DNA of 63,170 bases from Deltaproteobacteria bacterium. GTDB taxonomy: Bacteria; Desulfobacterota; Binatia; Binatales; Binataceae. Within the stretch, counting starts at the first letter, position 1, and each line of letters opens with the position of its first letter. The notes below the pieces were generated by a model, which did no database searches, was not told the origin of the DNA, and worked only from the letters and a program-made list of their open reading frames with translations. This document shows positions 19,710 through 28,953 of this stretch, piece by piece. The stretch lies in contig PNBD01000040.1 of the NCBI GenBank assembly GCA_003135855.1, positions 1 to 63,170 of the forward strand, in the 5' to 3' direction. The translations under genes and the position numbers were made by a program.

Positions 19710-21375
19710 TTCCGTCGACGAGCCAAATGAAGTTGACGCGGATCGCAGCCGCGCGCGCAGCCTGCTCGAACGCTTCCAGCCGCCGGCTACTGACCAGCAA
19801 TAGTCCATCCGGATGATCTGTGAGAAAACCGACCGCTTGCCCGGGCTCGGCGATCAGCCTGATTGCGCCGCCTTCCGTGAACACGAGGCTGGGTTCCGAA
19901 TAGCCCAACGCCGCGACCGGACGCTGATCGAGCCGCTCTCCTCGATGCGCCGATATTGCTACGGAAGCGTCCCGGCTAAGCCATAGTGCATCGAGACTGG
20001 GGATCACAATCGCGAACGTCGGCGTCATCAGTATGATCGACGCGGCGACCGCGGCCCACGCGGACGTTGTCAGTCTGCCGCGCCACGCAAACACTGAAGC
20101 CCCGATCGCGACCGCGGCCGCGATGATCGCCGCTATCGTTGAAATCAAAATCCAGCCGGAACCAAGGACGATCGGCGCCGCTACTATCACTGCGCCGCCG
20201 ACCATCGAGACTATCGCCCACAGGACGAGATTCGTGCGCGCGAGCACGGTCGCGATCAGACGTGAGGTCGCGGGAATCGGCGAGGAAATCGGATAGGTCG
20301 CGAACCGCGCCACGATCAATGCCAGCGCCGGGTAAAGCGGCAGCACGTAATGAGGAAGCTTGGTCGGGATCAGTTCGATCACCAGCCACGCGGGAATCAA
20401 CCACGCAAGGCAGAATCGAATCGCGGGCTCCGATGCTCGTCTCAATGAATCCCGAACCGCGCCAACAAGAAATATCGAGCCGGGCCAAAAAGTGAAAAGC
20501 GCCAGCGCGAGATAATATCCCGGCGGCGCGCCGTGCGATTCGAAGGAGCCGCGCAGCTTCGGCAGCATATCGCGGACAGCAAATTCACGGAAAAACTCGC
20601 CGCCAGCCGCAAATCCGATCGCGATAAACCACGGTGCCGCCACCGCTACAGTCAGCAGCGGCGCCCAGCTTATCCTGAGTTCGCGAGCCCATCGCACATT
20701 GACGACTGCTTGCGATTCCGGCGAACTCTTTTGCCACCGATCTGACAGCGCGAGCGCCGCAACCGTGAGTCCGCTGATCAGCGGCGCGACTGGCCCTTTG
20801 ATCAAGATCGCGACGCCTTGCGCGATCCAGAATCCGCATGCATACCACCTCGATACGGCTTCGCCGCGCGCCGCCCCGACATATATTTTCGCGAGGCAAG
20901 CTTGCGCTCCGACCAGCGCTGCCAGCAGGATCGCATCCGTGGTTGCAGCATGAGCGAGCGCAACCAGCAGCGCCGACGATGCCAGCAAAACCGCACCCAG
21001 TATTGCGATCGCGCCGCCGAACAGTTCGCCCCCGATCCACGCAGTCAGGAAAACCGCGGCCGTTGCGCCGAGCACAGACGGCAGCCGATATGGCCAAATC
21101 TCCCGGGTTTCTCCGGTGGCGAGGAGCGCGATCGATTGAGCCCAGAACGCGCCGATCGGCTTCTGGAATTGATCCTGATCCTGGAATCGTGGACGGACGT
21201 AATCGCCGCTGGCGACCATCTGCCGGGTCGCCTCCGCATAGCGCGACTCGTCTCGGTCGGTAGGCGGGACGGTGGAAATTCCCGGCAAAAACAACGTCGC
21301 GCACAGAATCAATAGCAGCAAGGACGAGCCGAGCCGCGACCGGATCGATGCTTGCCCTGGCGAGCCTTCATACAC
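19642..21375 (-). CDS. ArnT/PMT-like GT-C glycosyltransferase (GT39/GT83), paralog 1
   Basis: 577 aa and polytopic. The first-loop acidic motif is 'PPTDRDESRYAEATRQMVASGDYVRP'. Confidence 0.85.
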   Translation of the reverse strand: MYEGSPGQASIRSRLGSSLLLLILCATLFLPGISTVPPTDRDESRYAEATRQMVASGDYVRPRFQDQDQFQKPIGAFWAQSIALLATGETREIWPYRLPSVLGATAAVFLTAWIGGELFGGAIAILGAVLLASSALLVALAHAATTDAILLAALVGAQACLAKIYVGAARGEAVSRWYACGFWIAQGVAILIKGPVAPLISGLTVAALALSDRWQKSSPESQAVVNVRWARELRISWAPLLTVAVAAPWFIAIGFAAGGEFFREFAVRDMLPKLRGSFESHGAPPGYYLALALFTFWPGSIFLVGAVRDSLRRASEPAIRFCLAWLIPAWLVIELIPTKLPHYVLPLYPALALIVARFATYPISSPIPATSRLIATVLARTNLVLWAIVSMVGGAVIVAAPIVLGSGWILISTIAAIIAAAVAIGASVFAWRGRLTTSAWAAVAASIILMTPTFAIVIPSLDALWLSRDASVAISAHRGERLDQRPVAALGYSEPSLVFTEGGAIRLIAEPGQAVGFLTDHPDGLLLVSSRRLEAFEQAARAAAIRVNFIWLVDGINYSKGRRERLILFERSDRALR

Positions 21376-21410
21376 GCCGCGAGTTTACAGTCGCGCGTTC
21401 GGCATTGTCA

Positions 21411-23534
21411 TCATCGACGCGGTCGGAACTGGCGGCTCGCGTTCTTCAAGTAGTGTTTGAAATCGTAGTAGGCAAGAGCCGCGTTGCGCCACCGCGGTAG
21501 TCGAGCTTCGGGATCGCGGCAATACGCCTCAGCGAGCAGTTCGCGATTGTTCGCGTCGAGCGGATGACAGAGCCGCATCAAGTCGAGCATGCGTTCGCGT
21601 TTGCTGAGTGGGCCGATGCGGCAGATCGCGCGCGCGGTATCGATTACGAATATTTGCAACCCGCCAGCCGCATCGGGGCGCATCAGTAGGTTGCCTGCCG
21701 ACAAGTCGCCGTGAAACACCCCTCTCAGGTGCATCTTCCGGAGAAAAATCGCGATTACGTCGAACACGTCGGATTTGTCAAAACCTTCATGCTTCTCGGC
21801 GCCATCGCGAAAGGAATTGAAAGCATGCCGGGCGGAAAATGCGTTCTCCACAAATTCGCACACAAAATAGCATTGGCCGCGTGCCCCGCGTGCACGCGGT
21901 TCGAAGTATGCGATCGGCGCCGGCGTGTTGATGCCGCGCCGGATCATCTCCGATGAATTGTTCCACGCGAGTCGCGCACCGCTACGTGCATTAGGGAGCG
22001 TGCGCAGCGGGCTTCGCTTGATGACGAGCTTGACATTGGTGTCCGGGTCATCAACCACCCACACGCGATTGCGCGCATCGCGCAGCACGCGCACTTCGCG
22101 CATGCGGTCTAGCGCGTCAGGCCGCAATTGCTCGAGGCGTTGGTCGAAATCGTCGCCGTCGCGGAGTGCGATTGTCCCACGCCATCCTGCGATTGATACC
22201 GGGACGAATTGATATCCCGGCACGCTCGCGACATTTGATACTCGATCGCTCGTGAATTCAGCCAACGATTCTGATCGATCCGGCCGCTCGCCGACGCGTG
22301 CTCCGGCTGGCCACGTCAGAAACATTGGCCGCTCCGAGATTACGCATGGAAGCCGGTCCAGGTATCTGCCCTCGCGATCGAGTCCGCGTGCGAGCCGCAG
22401 ATCGTCGTCACGATAAAATCGCGAGAGCCTCGAGACTCTTCGATCGCGCGTCCACGCCGCATGCACTATGGTGCCATCGGATTGCTTGAACTCCGCGACG
22501 TAAGCATCGCCGCGCACGCGCCAGCCGGCGAATTGACTACCGTGCAGAGTCCGGACCACGTTGCGCAACGCGAAATATGCAGGCCGCTTTTTGTAGCTGG
22601 CGACGTTGCCGAATACGCGATCGAACAACGCGACCCGCGGCGTCGCCGGATATTCCTCTGTGCCGTCATCGATGAGTCCTTCGCGATTACCGATCATCGG
22701 ACCCCAGTAAACTCGCGAGAGTGCGCCGCTGGCCGCGGCCAGCATCAGGTAACGAACCAGGTAGTCGGCCTGCTTTTCTTCGATCGCGTTCTGAATTCGC
22801 GCAATTCGCCGGCCGCTCCAACTGACGTGGGCGCAAACGGTTTCACCGATTCCAAAGATCGCCGAAATGCGCGCGAGGACGCGCGCTTTGCGTTCGAGGT
22901 CGAATCGCAAGGCCTTGCCGAGCAGCCGCCCCGCGATCCGTGGATCGTATGCCTCCGGTTCGATCGCCCGCTCGACGAACAGATTGTCGGTATGCCCTGC
23001 GGGCTGGATTCCGCGCCGGCGCATCATCGCGAGCAACGCGAGATTGTACAGCGGTTCGAAGTCCGTAACGTTCGGTCCGCAGAGCTTCAAATTGCGCCCG
23101 GCCGCGATATCGCTTGCGATCTGCCACGCTGCGACGTAGCCGCGGATTCCGTAGCCCGACCATCGCCGTCGATTCGGCGTCGAGCCGATCTCGAAGCTCT
23201 CCACCGAAGAGCCGTATGCGTCGAAGACCCTGACAATGAAAGCGCGCCATCGCTCGCGCGCGTTTCTGTCGAACGCGAGCCGTTGCGCTTCATCGGCGGG
23301 CGTCACCAGGTGAAGCATCACCGACAATCCGTCGGCGAGCACGCGGCGGATCAATCGTTCCTGGAACGAGCCGAATGACGCGTAAGTGAAATCCAACCGC
23401 AGCGCGCGAATCCCCAGCTCGGACACGCATGACATCACGTAGTCGTCGCAAGCTGGATCTTCCGACGTGGCGACGTTGAGCCCGATGAAATCGCCGGGTA
23501 TATGAAGGCGCGAGTTTGCGTGAGAGCGCAGCAT
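21411..23534 (-). CDS. fusion protein: N-terminal glycoside-hydrolase-like TIM-barrel domain plus C-terminal Kdo/WaaP-family LPS kinase domain
   Basis: 707 aa. The C-terminal 230 aa carry 'VIKRSPLR...', 'HLRGVFHGDLSAGNLLM' and 'FVIDTARA' (HxDLxxxN plus a metal-binding D). The N-terminal 450 aa resemble clan-A GH barrels ('IRALRLDFTY', 'FEIGSTPNRRRW'). Confidence 0.7.
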   Translation of the reverse strand: MLRSHANSRLHIPGDFIGLNVATSEDPACDDYVMSCVSELGIRALRLDFTYASFGSFQERLIRRVLADGLSVMLHLVTPADEAQRLAFDRNARERWRAFIVRVFDAYGSSVESFEIGSTPNRRRWSGYGIRGYVAAWQIASDIAAGRNLKLCGPNVTDFEPLYNLALLAMMRRRGIQPAGHTDNLFVERAIEPEAYDPRIAGRLLGKALRFDLERKARVLARISAIFGIGETVCAHVSWSGRRIARIQNAIEEKQADYLVRYLMLAAASGALSRVYWGPMIGNREGLIDDGTEEYPATPRVALFDRVFGNVASYKKRPAYFALRNVVRTLHGSQFAGWRVRGDAYVAEFKQSDGTIVHAAWTRDRRVSRLSRFYRDDDLRLARGLDREGRYLDRLPCVISERPMFLTWPAGARVGERPDRSESLAEFTSDRVSNVASVPGYQFVPVSIAGWRGTIALRDGDDFDQRLEQLRPDALDRMREVRVLRDARNRVWVVDDPDTNVKLVIKRSPLRTLPNARSGARLAWNNSSEMIRRGINTPAPIAYFEPRARGARGQCYFVCEFVENAFSARHAFNSFRDGAEKHEGFDKSDVFDVIAIFLRKMHLRGVFHGDLSAGNLLMRPDAAGGLQIFVIDTARAICRIGPLSKRERMLDLMRLCHPLDANNRELLAEAYCRDPEARLPRWRNAALAYYDFKHYLKNASRQFRPRR

Positions 23535-23696
23535 CTCGGTGCGGGTCTTGCGGAGCCGCCGACTCCTGGTTCAAGTTCGATCCGGGCCGAATCCGGTCGC
23601 AGCGATTTTGTCAGCGCGGCGGCGAACGTAATAGTGGCCAGACTCGAATCTCTAAGTGATAGCGCCAGCCAGAGGTTGCGTTGCGGTGAGGCTCCG

Positions 23697-24788
23697 GTGA
23701 GAGTTGCGATCGATTTATCCTCAGCCGCAAAGCGATCGCCGACCGGCATCGGCCGCTACCAGGTCGAGCTGGTGAGAGCGATGGCGCCGATGCTAGGCGT
23801 GGCCGACGAGATGGTGCTGACTACGCGGCTCAAGCGCTGGACCGCGCGTCGTCATCTCGGTTCGGTGTCAAACCTCGATGGCATTTGCGGCTTCAGGCTG
23901 TTTCCCCGCCGCGTGGACATTTACCACTCGGCCGCGATTGGCCGCGCCCGCACTCCGCGCGCGCTGTGGGCCGTGACGGTTCACGATACCGCGACGATCG
24001 ACGCGCCAGAGTTGACGTCGGCGGAATTTGCGCGCACTCACGGCAACAAGATCCGAACCGTGCTGGCGCGCGCCGATTACGTCTTTGCGATTTCGCGATT
24101 CGTCCGCAACCGGCTCCTCGAACTCGAATCCTCGCTCGATCCTCGGCGCGTCCGCGTGACGTACCCTGGATGCGACCACGCGGAACTATCGGCCGAGCCC
24201 GCGCAAGATGACGAATCGGTGCGCCGACACTACGGCTTGGCAGGTGAGCGATACGTGCTCAGCGTGGGACGAATCGCGCGCCGGAAGAATCCGGAAAATC
24301 TCGTTCGCGCATTTGCCGCCGCCAACTCGGCGGCCGGAATGCTGCTGGTGATGGCGGGCGAGCCGGGCGACGCAGACGTGGCTCGCGTGATCGAACAGTC
24401 TGGTCTTAGTGATCGGATACGTTTGCCCGGTCGCGTACCCGACGCGCATCTGCCCGCGCTCTATCGTGGCGCCGCGATGTTCGCGATGCCTTCATTTTAC
24501 GAGGGCTTTGGCATTCCGATTCTTGAATCGATGGCGTGCGGGACGCCGGTGCTCATCGGCAACCGGCCCGCGCTGATCGAGGTTGCGGGAGATGCCGCCG
24601 TCGCGATCGATCCCGGCGATGTCGCCGCGATGGCTGCCGCAATCGACCGGATTCTCTCCGATCGCGCGCTTGCGCAATCGCTGCGCGCGCGCGGGCTCGA
24701 CCGTGCGCGCGAATTCACGTGGACCGCGTGCGCGCGCACCACGCTCGAGGGCTATCGCGAACTGCTCGCGATGGGATCGCGGCGATGA
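23697..24788 (+). CDS. GT4-family (GT-B fold) glycosyltransferase
   Basis: ORF 23502-24788. The start is moved to GTG 23697 (GGTGAGG 5 nt upstream), because ATG 23502 would overlap the divergent gene. It has 'VRVAIDLS..GIGRY' at the N-terminus and the C-terminal 'PSFYEGFGIPILESMACGTPV' (E-x7-E region). Confidence 0.8.
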   Translation: MRVAIDLSSAAKRSPTGIGRYQVELVRAMAPMLGVADEMVLTTRLKRWTARRHLGSVSNLDGICGFRLFPRRVDIYHSAAIGRARTPRALWAVTVHDTATIDAPELTSAEFARTHGNKIRTVLARADYVFAISRFVRNRLLELESSLDPRRVRVTYPGCDHAELSAEPAQDDESVRRHYGLAGERYVLSVGRIARRKNPENLVRAFAAANSAAGMLLVMAGEPGDADVARVIEQSGLSDRIRLPGRVPDAHLPALYRGAAMFAMPSFYEGFGIPILESMACGTPVLIGNRPALIEVAGDAAVAIDPGDVAAMAAAIDRILSDRALAQSLRARGLDRAREFTWTACARTTLEGYRELLAMGSRR

Positions 24789-26311
24789 GCGAACGTTTGT
24801 TGGACGCCGCACCGGGCGGGAGCAGCGGCGTCTTATTGCCGCGCGCGACCGTCGGGCTCAAAACAGGCGGATACCGGTGGCAGATGATCGCCGGGTTCGA
24901 GGCGATGATCGGGCCGCTGATGAACGGCATCGCGGCGGAGTCGAAGGGCACCCCCGTCAAAAAAATCGAGCGAAGACAAATCGGCGATCGAATGTTTTAC
25001 GTCAAGCGTTATGTGCACGGAGCGCGCCTACTCCGGCCGCTCAAATATTTTGCCAAGAAGTCGCGGAGCCGGATCGAATGGCGTCTTGCTGAGAGGCTGG
25101 CGCATCTCGGAGTGCCGGTGGTGCCGCACCTCGCACACGGCGAGCGATGGAGCGCGCGCGGGCTGCTCGAGTCGGTGCTGATCACGGAAGCGCCCCGCAG
25201 CTACGTTCCGCTTGGCGCGCTGCGCGATTCGAAGAGCGAGGAAGTCGCGCGCGCGTTAGGTTCCTTCATGCGCATGCTGCATGATTCCGGCGTCTTTCAT
25301 CACGACCTGCACGCGTCGAATATTCTGGTCTCGCCGCCGGGATACTCGATATGCCTGGTGGACCTCGACAAGATCACCGTGCATCGCAGATTGGATCTGC
25401 GCCTGAGAATCGCGAGCCTCGGTGCGGTCGGCACTTTTTCCAATCTGACGAATGGCTTCTTCGAGGCCTACGGGTGCGCCGAGGCCGGCTTCATCGATGC
25501 GGTAGCGGCGCAATCGAAGATTGAACGCCGCGCCCGAATCGCCGAGGAGGCCGCGCGATGCCTCCCGCCGCGACATCACTCCAATTTTCCAACGATGCGA
25601 TTCGCCGGGCTTCAATGGGTGGTGCGCGAGGATTGCCTGAGCGACAACCTGCGACGGTTACTTTACGACCCCGACGGAATCATCGCGTCGGATGCGCATC
25701 CTTTGAAACGAGGCGGGTCCACCGTCGTCGCGAGCACGACGGGACTCGTGATCAAGCGCTACGAATTCCGCGGCATTCGCCGTCTGGTGAGAAACAACTC
25801 GCGCAATTCCCGCGCGCGGCGGACGTTTCGCAACGCCTATCATCTGGAACTGGCTGGGATTCCAACGGCGCGTGCGCTCGCTTGCGCCGACCGGCGCCGG
25901 CTTGGAGTGGTGCGTCGCGGGTACGTTGTCTCGCAGCAGATTGCGGATGCGGTCCCGCTCGGCGAATCGCGCGCGGCGCCGGCCACACTCTCCCAGCGTA
26001 TCGGTGAAATGCTCGGACGCCTGCATGACGAGGGATTTTCCCATCGCGATTTGCAAGCTGCCAATATCCTGGTGGACGCCGAAGCGCGCGCGTATCTGAT
26101 CGACATGGACGGGCTTCGCTACCTCGGCGAGGTTTCCGATTCGCGCGCGGTCGCCGATCTCGCTCGCCTCGCGCACGATATTCGTCACCGCAAAACGCCG
26201 CTGACTGGCCTCGACGGCGCCAGACTGCTGCGCGCATATTGCAGAGCTCGCGGCCGCCGCGATACGCGATGGTGGCTCGAGCGCGTGGCTTCTGCATCGC
26301 GGCGTCCATGA
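24785..26311 (+). CDS. tandem double Kdo/WaaP-family LPS kinase
   Basis: The start at ATG 24785 forms an ATGA overlap with the GT4 stop. Domain 1 has 'FYVKRY', 'HDSGVFHHDLHASNILV' and 'LVDLDK'. Domain 2 has 'VIKRYEF', 'HDEGFSHRDLQAANILV' and 'LIDMDG'. Confidence 0.75.
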   Translation: MSERLLDAAPGGSSGVLLPRATVGLKTGGYRWQMIAGFEAMIGPLMNGIAAESKGTPVKKIERRQIGDRMFYVKRYVHGARLLRPLKYFAKKSRSRIEWRLAERLAHLGVPVVPHLAHGERWSARGLLESVLITEAPRSYVPLGALRDSKSEEVARALGSFMRMLHDSGVFHHDLHASNILVSPPGYSICLVDLDKITVHRRLDLRLRIASLGAVGTFSNLTNGFFEAYGCAEAGFIDAVAAQSKIERRARIAEEAARCLPPRHHSNFPTMRFAGLQWVVREDCLSDNLRRLLYDPDGIIASDAHPLKRGGSTVVASTTGLVIKRYEFRGIRRLVRNNSRNSRARRTFRNAYHLELAGIPTARALACADRRRLGVVRRGYVVSQQIADAVPLGESRAAPATLSQRIGEMLGRLHDEGFSHRDLQAANILVDAEARAYLIDMDGLRYLGEVSDSRAVADLARLAHDIRHRKTPLTGLDGARLLRAYCRARGRRDTRWWLERVASASRRP

Positions 26312-26339
26312 TCCGATCGCGCTTGAGTATTGCGCCGAT

Positions 26340-26831
26340 CTAACGGTTCATACGCCCGCGTATCGACGCGATAATTCTCTTCCAATGCTGAGCGTAATGG
26401 CGCATCACCTCCGCGCCCCGCTGCCGTTCGCCACGGATCAAGAATCCGCGCGTCATCGATACCCATTGGATACGCACATTTCGTATCGCCTGCCCCGTCT
26501 GATCCTTGAGCCATCGGCGGACTGGCCAGCGCTCGACGACAATCGTCCGATAGCCCAACCCGCGATACGCAATCAGGCGCTTGTGTCCATCCGCGACGAA
26601 GAACCGGCCGCCAAGCCGCACCACGGAGATCGGTGGAAACTTGGCGCCGCGGATCATCGCCGCACGATACTCGTCCACTCGCTCCGCGGCGTGCGTCACC
26701 TGGTAGATATCGGAAAGTTCATCGAAGCGCAGCACGAGCGTCGGGAAGCTGGCGAGTCGTGGGTCGAAGCAAGGTCCGAGGCCTCCCTCATCCGGCAGGC
26801 CCACGTCATCGATATGTGAGTCTGCGCTCAC
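26340..26831 (-). CDS. ParB/Srx-fold (ParB N-terminal nuclease-like) domain protein
   Basis: 163 aa. 'FPPISVVRLGGRFFVADGHKRLIAYRGLGYRTIVVE' matches the ParBc core (PI.V....y.l.DGhHR..A...lG). It sits 25 nt downstream of the GT9 gene on the same strand. Confidence 0.65.
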   Translation of the reverse strand: MSADSHIDDVGLPDEGGLGPCFDPRLASFPTLVLRFDELSDIYQVTHAAERVDEYRAAMIRGAKFPPISVVRLGGRFFVADGHKRLIAYRGLGYRTIVVERWPVRRWLKDQTGQAIRNVRIQWVSMTRGFLIRGERQRGAEVMRHYAQHWKRIIASIRGRMNR

Positions 26832-26855
26832 GGCTTCAAGCTGCTGCGCAAGAGT

Positions 26856-28064
26856 TCATGGTTGAGCCGTTCTTCGCGTCATCGGGCCGGCGTGCAGCGA
26901 CCCTGCCGATTCGCCGCTCAGCGCGACCTCGATCTTTTCGCGGACTTCTTCGGGCGTGACGGCGCGGAGGCATTGTCTCGCATACACGCAAACGCGCGGG
27001 CACCATCGTCCGCAAAGCTCTCGATGATCGATCGCCTGCCCCGGTTGACCGTAGGGTCCGAGCCGAACAGGCGGCGTCGGTCCGTAGATGCCGACCACCG
27101 GACGACCCAGCGCCGCCGCGATGTGCAACGAACCTGTATCCGGTGCCACATGCACGCCGCTCCGCGCCAGCAACGCGACCAGTTCGGGCAGCGTCGTGCG
27201 ACCGGTGAGATCGACGACATCGCCGCCGACTGCACTAGCGATCGCTGCATGCTTCACGCGGTTCTCGCCCCCGCCAACAATTATTCGCGCAATCGATCCG
27301 TCGATGCCGCGCAGCAACGCGATCCAATTCGCGGCCGGCCATGACTTGCTGCTCGTCGAGGCCGACGGATTGACCGTGAGGATTTGGCGATTTGGCGCGA
27401 CGCCCGCGAGCGACAGCATCCGCACGATTGACGCGTCAGCCGCCGAATCGATCGCGAGGCCGAATTCAACTTGCTCCGGCTGCGCGCCCAGGTAGCAGGC
27501 CGCGTCCAGGTACTCGTCGACGGCGTGACGCGCATTCGCACTGCGCGGTACCGGCGCGGACACCAGGTGCGCGCCTTCGCGCTGGCCGCTGACGCCGATT
27601 CGCACGGCGCCGCGCGAAATTGCCGCGAGGACCGCGCTCTTAAGGAGACCTTGCAAGTCGATAGAAACGTCGTACGACTCAGCCCTGATCGCTCTCGCAC
27701 CGGCGAGAAATTTACGAATCCATAAGCGTAGGTCCGGCTGGACCCTCAATGTCATTCTTGGAAATATCGCGACACGATCGATCGCTGGATGATGCTCGAT
27801 CAGCGGCGCCGCCCAGTCCTCGACTGCCCATGTGATTCGAACAGTTGGAAATCGCCGCTTCAGCGCGCTTGCAACCGGCAGGGCCTGAACGATGTCGCCG
27901 ATCGAAGATAGTTTGATAATGAGTACACGCTTAATCGCGCCTTCGTTTGGGCGCGACAAGCGAGCGCCGGGCACCAGCCGCGAAAGTATCGTGCGCGGAC
28001 GGCCGCTCTCCAGCGTCGATAATCGATGCACGAGCGCGACAATGCGGGGAGTTTCGATATTCAC
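26856..28064 (-). CDS. GT9-family glycosyltransferase (LPS heptosyltransferase-like)
   Basis: 402 aa with 'KRVLIIKLSSIGDIVQALPVASALKRRFP' and 'DTGSLHIAAALGRPVVGIYGPT', the canonical GT9 motifs. Confidence 0.85.
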   Translation of the reverse strand: MNIETPRIVALVHRLSTLESGRPRTILSRLVPGARLSRPNEGAIKRVLIIKLSSIGDIVQALPVASALKRRFPTVRITWAVEDWAAPLIEHHPAIDRVAIFPRMTLRVQPDLRLWIRKFLAGARAIRAESYDVSIDLQGLLKSAVLAAISRGAVRIGVSGQREGAHLVSAPVPRSANARHAVDEYLDAACYLGAQPEQVEFGLAIDSAADASIVRMLSLAGVAPNRQILTVNPSASTSSKSWPAANWIALLRGIDGSIARIIVGGGENRVKHAAIASAVGGDVVDLTGRTTLPELVALLARSGVHVAPDTGSLHIAAALGRPVVGIYGPTPPVRLGPYGQPGQAIDHRELCGRWCPRVCVYARQCLRAVTPEEVREKIEVALSGESAGSLHAGPMTRRTAQP

Positions 28065-28089
28065 GCGTCTCCGGCGTTCAAGTTAATTT

Positions 28090-28938
28090 ATGCCATGTTC
28101 AAATCCAACCGCCGAAGCGCAACGCCCGGCAGTTCCGCTGTCCGGCAAGCTGCTTTACCATCTGATGCCCGTGCGACGCGGCGTGGTGATGTCGAATCTG
28201 CATCGCGTATTCGGCGCCACGATGCCCGAAAGTGAAATCGTCGCGCTCGCCCAGGCCTTCTATGGGCACCTGTTCCGCTCCGCGATCGAATACCTGCGCT
28301 ACACGAATCTTTCCGTCGCGAAGCGGTCGGCGCTAGTACGCGTCGAAAACAAAACTGTGGTGCTCCGCGCATTCGAGCGGGGCAAGGGAGTGCTGTTCCT
28401 CGCCGGACATCTCGGCAACTGGGAGATCGGATGCATCTCTGGAATCATGAACTTTCCAGAGCTGAAGGACCGCCTTCACGTCGTGCGGCGCCCGTTGGTT
28501 CCTCGCGTGCTGGATAGGATTGTCGCACGGCGCTTTCGCAATGCTGGCCTCGGTGTGATCCCGAAGTACGATGCGATGCAAACCATCCTGAGTCTGCTCG
28601 CCGCGAACCGCGCAGTCGGCTTCGTGATGGATCAGCACGCCGCATCGAGAGAGGGCGTTCGCGTCCAATTTCTCGGGGCTGCTGCGTGGACCTTCCGCAG
28701 CCTTGCCGCGGTCGCAAGGCGGAGCGGCGCGCCGGTGCTACCGGTGGCGACGTGGCGCGAACCGGATGGGAGTCACGTTCTCCGTTTCGAGGATCCTCTG
28801 GATTTTATCGAATGCGATGATCTGGCCGAAACGATTCGCGTTAATACTCAGCGCTACAATAACGCGCTGGAACGTATGATTCTCCGCCATCCAGAGCAGC
28901 GGTTGTGGATGCATCGTCGATGGAAACATGCGGACTAG
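28090..28938 (+). CDS. LpxL/HtrB-family lipid A late acyltransferase
   Basis: 282 aa with 'FLAGHLGNWEI' (the family HxxxxE/D catalytic box) and 'GFVMDQH'. Confidence 0.75.
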   Translation: MPCSNPTAEAQRPAVPLSGKLLYHLMPVRRGVVMSNLHRVFGATMPESEIVALAQAFYGHLFRSAIEYLRYTNLSVAKRSALVRVENKTVVLRAFERGKGVLFLAGHLGNWEIGCISGIMNFPELKDRLHVVRRPLVPRVLDRIVARRFRNAGLGVIPKYDAMQTILSLLAANRAVGFVMDQHAASREGVRVQFLGAAAWTFRSLAAVARRSGAPVLPVATWREPDGSHVLRFEDPLDFIECDDLAETIRVNTQRYNNALERMILRHPEQRLWMHRRWKHAD

Positions 28939-28953
28939 CGCTCCGACGCGTGC

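Noticed and set aside
24536-24784. 5' extension of the double-kinase ORF
   Set aside because: It overlaps the well-conserved C-terminus of the GT4 gene in another frame and is Arg-rich. ATG 24785 gives a 4-nt coupled start.
26340-26831. ParB-like gene as evidence of a plasmid, prophage or partition locus
   Set aside because: There is no ParA/Soj, no parS-like repeats that I could see, and no replication, integrase or phage genes nearby. The gene is embedded in an LPS operon.
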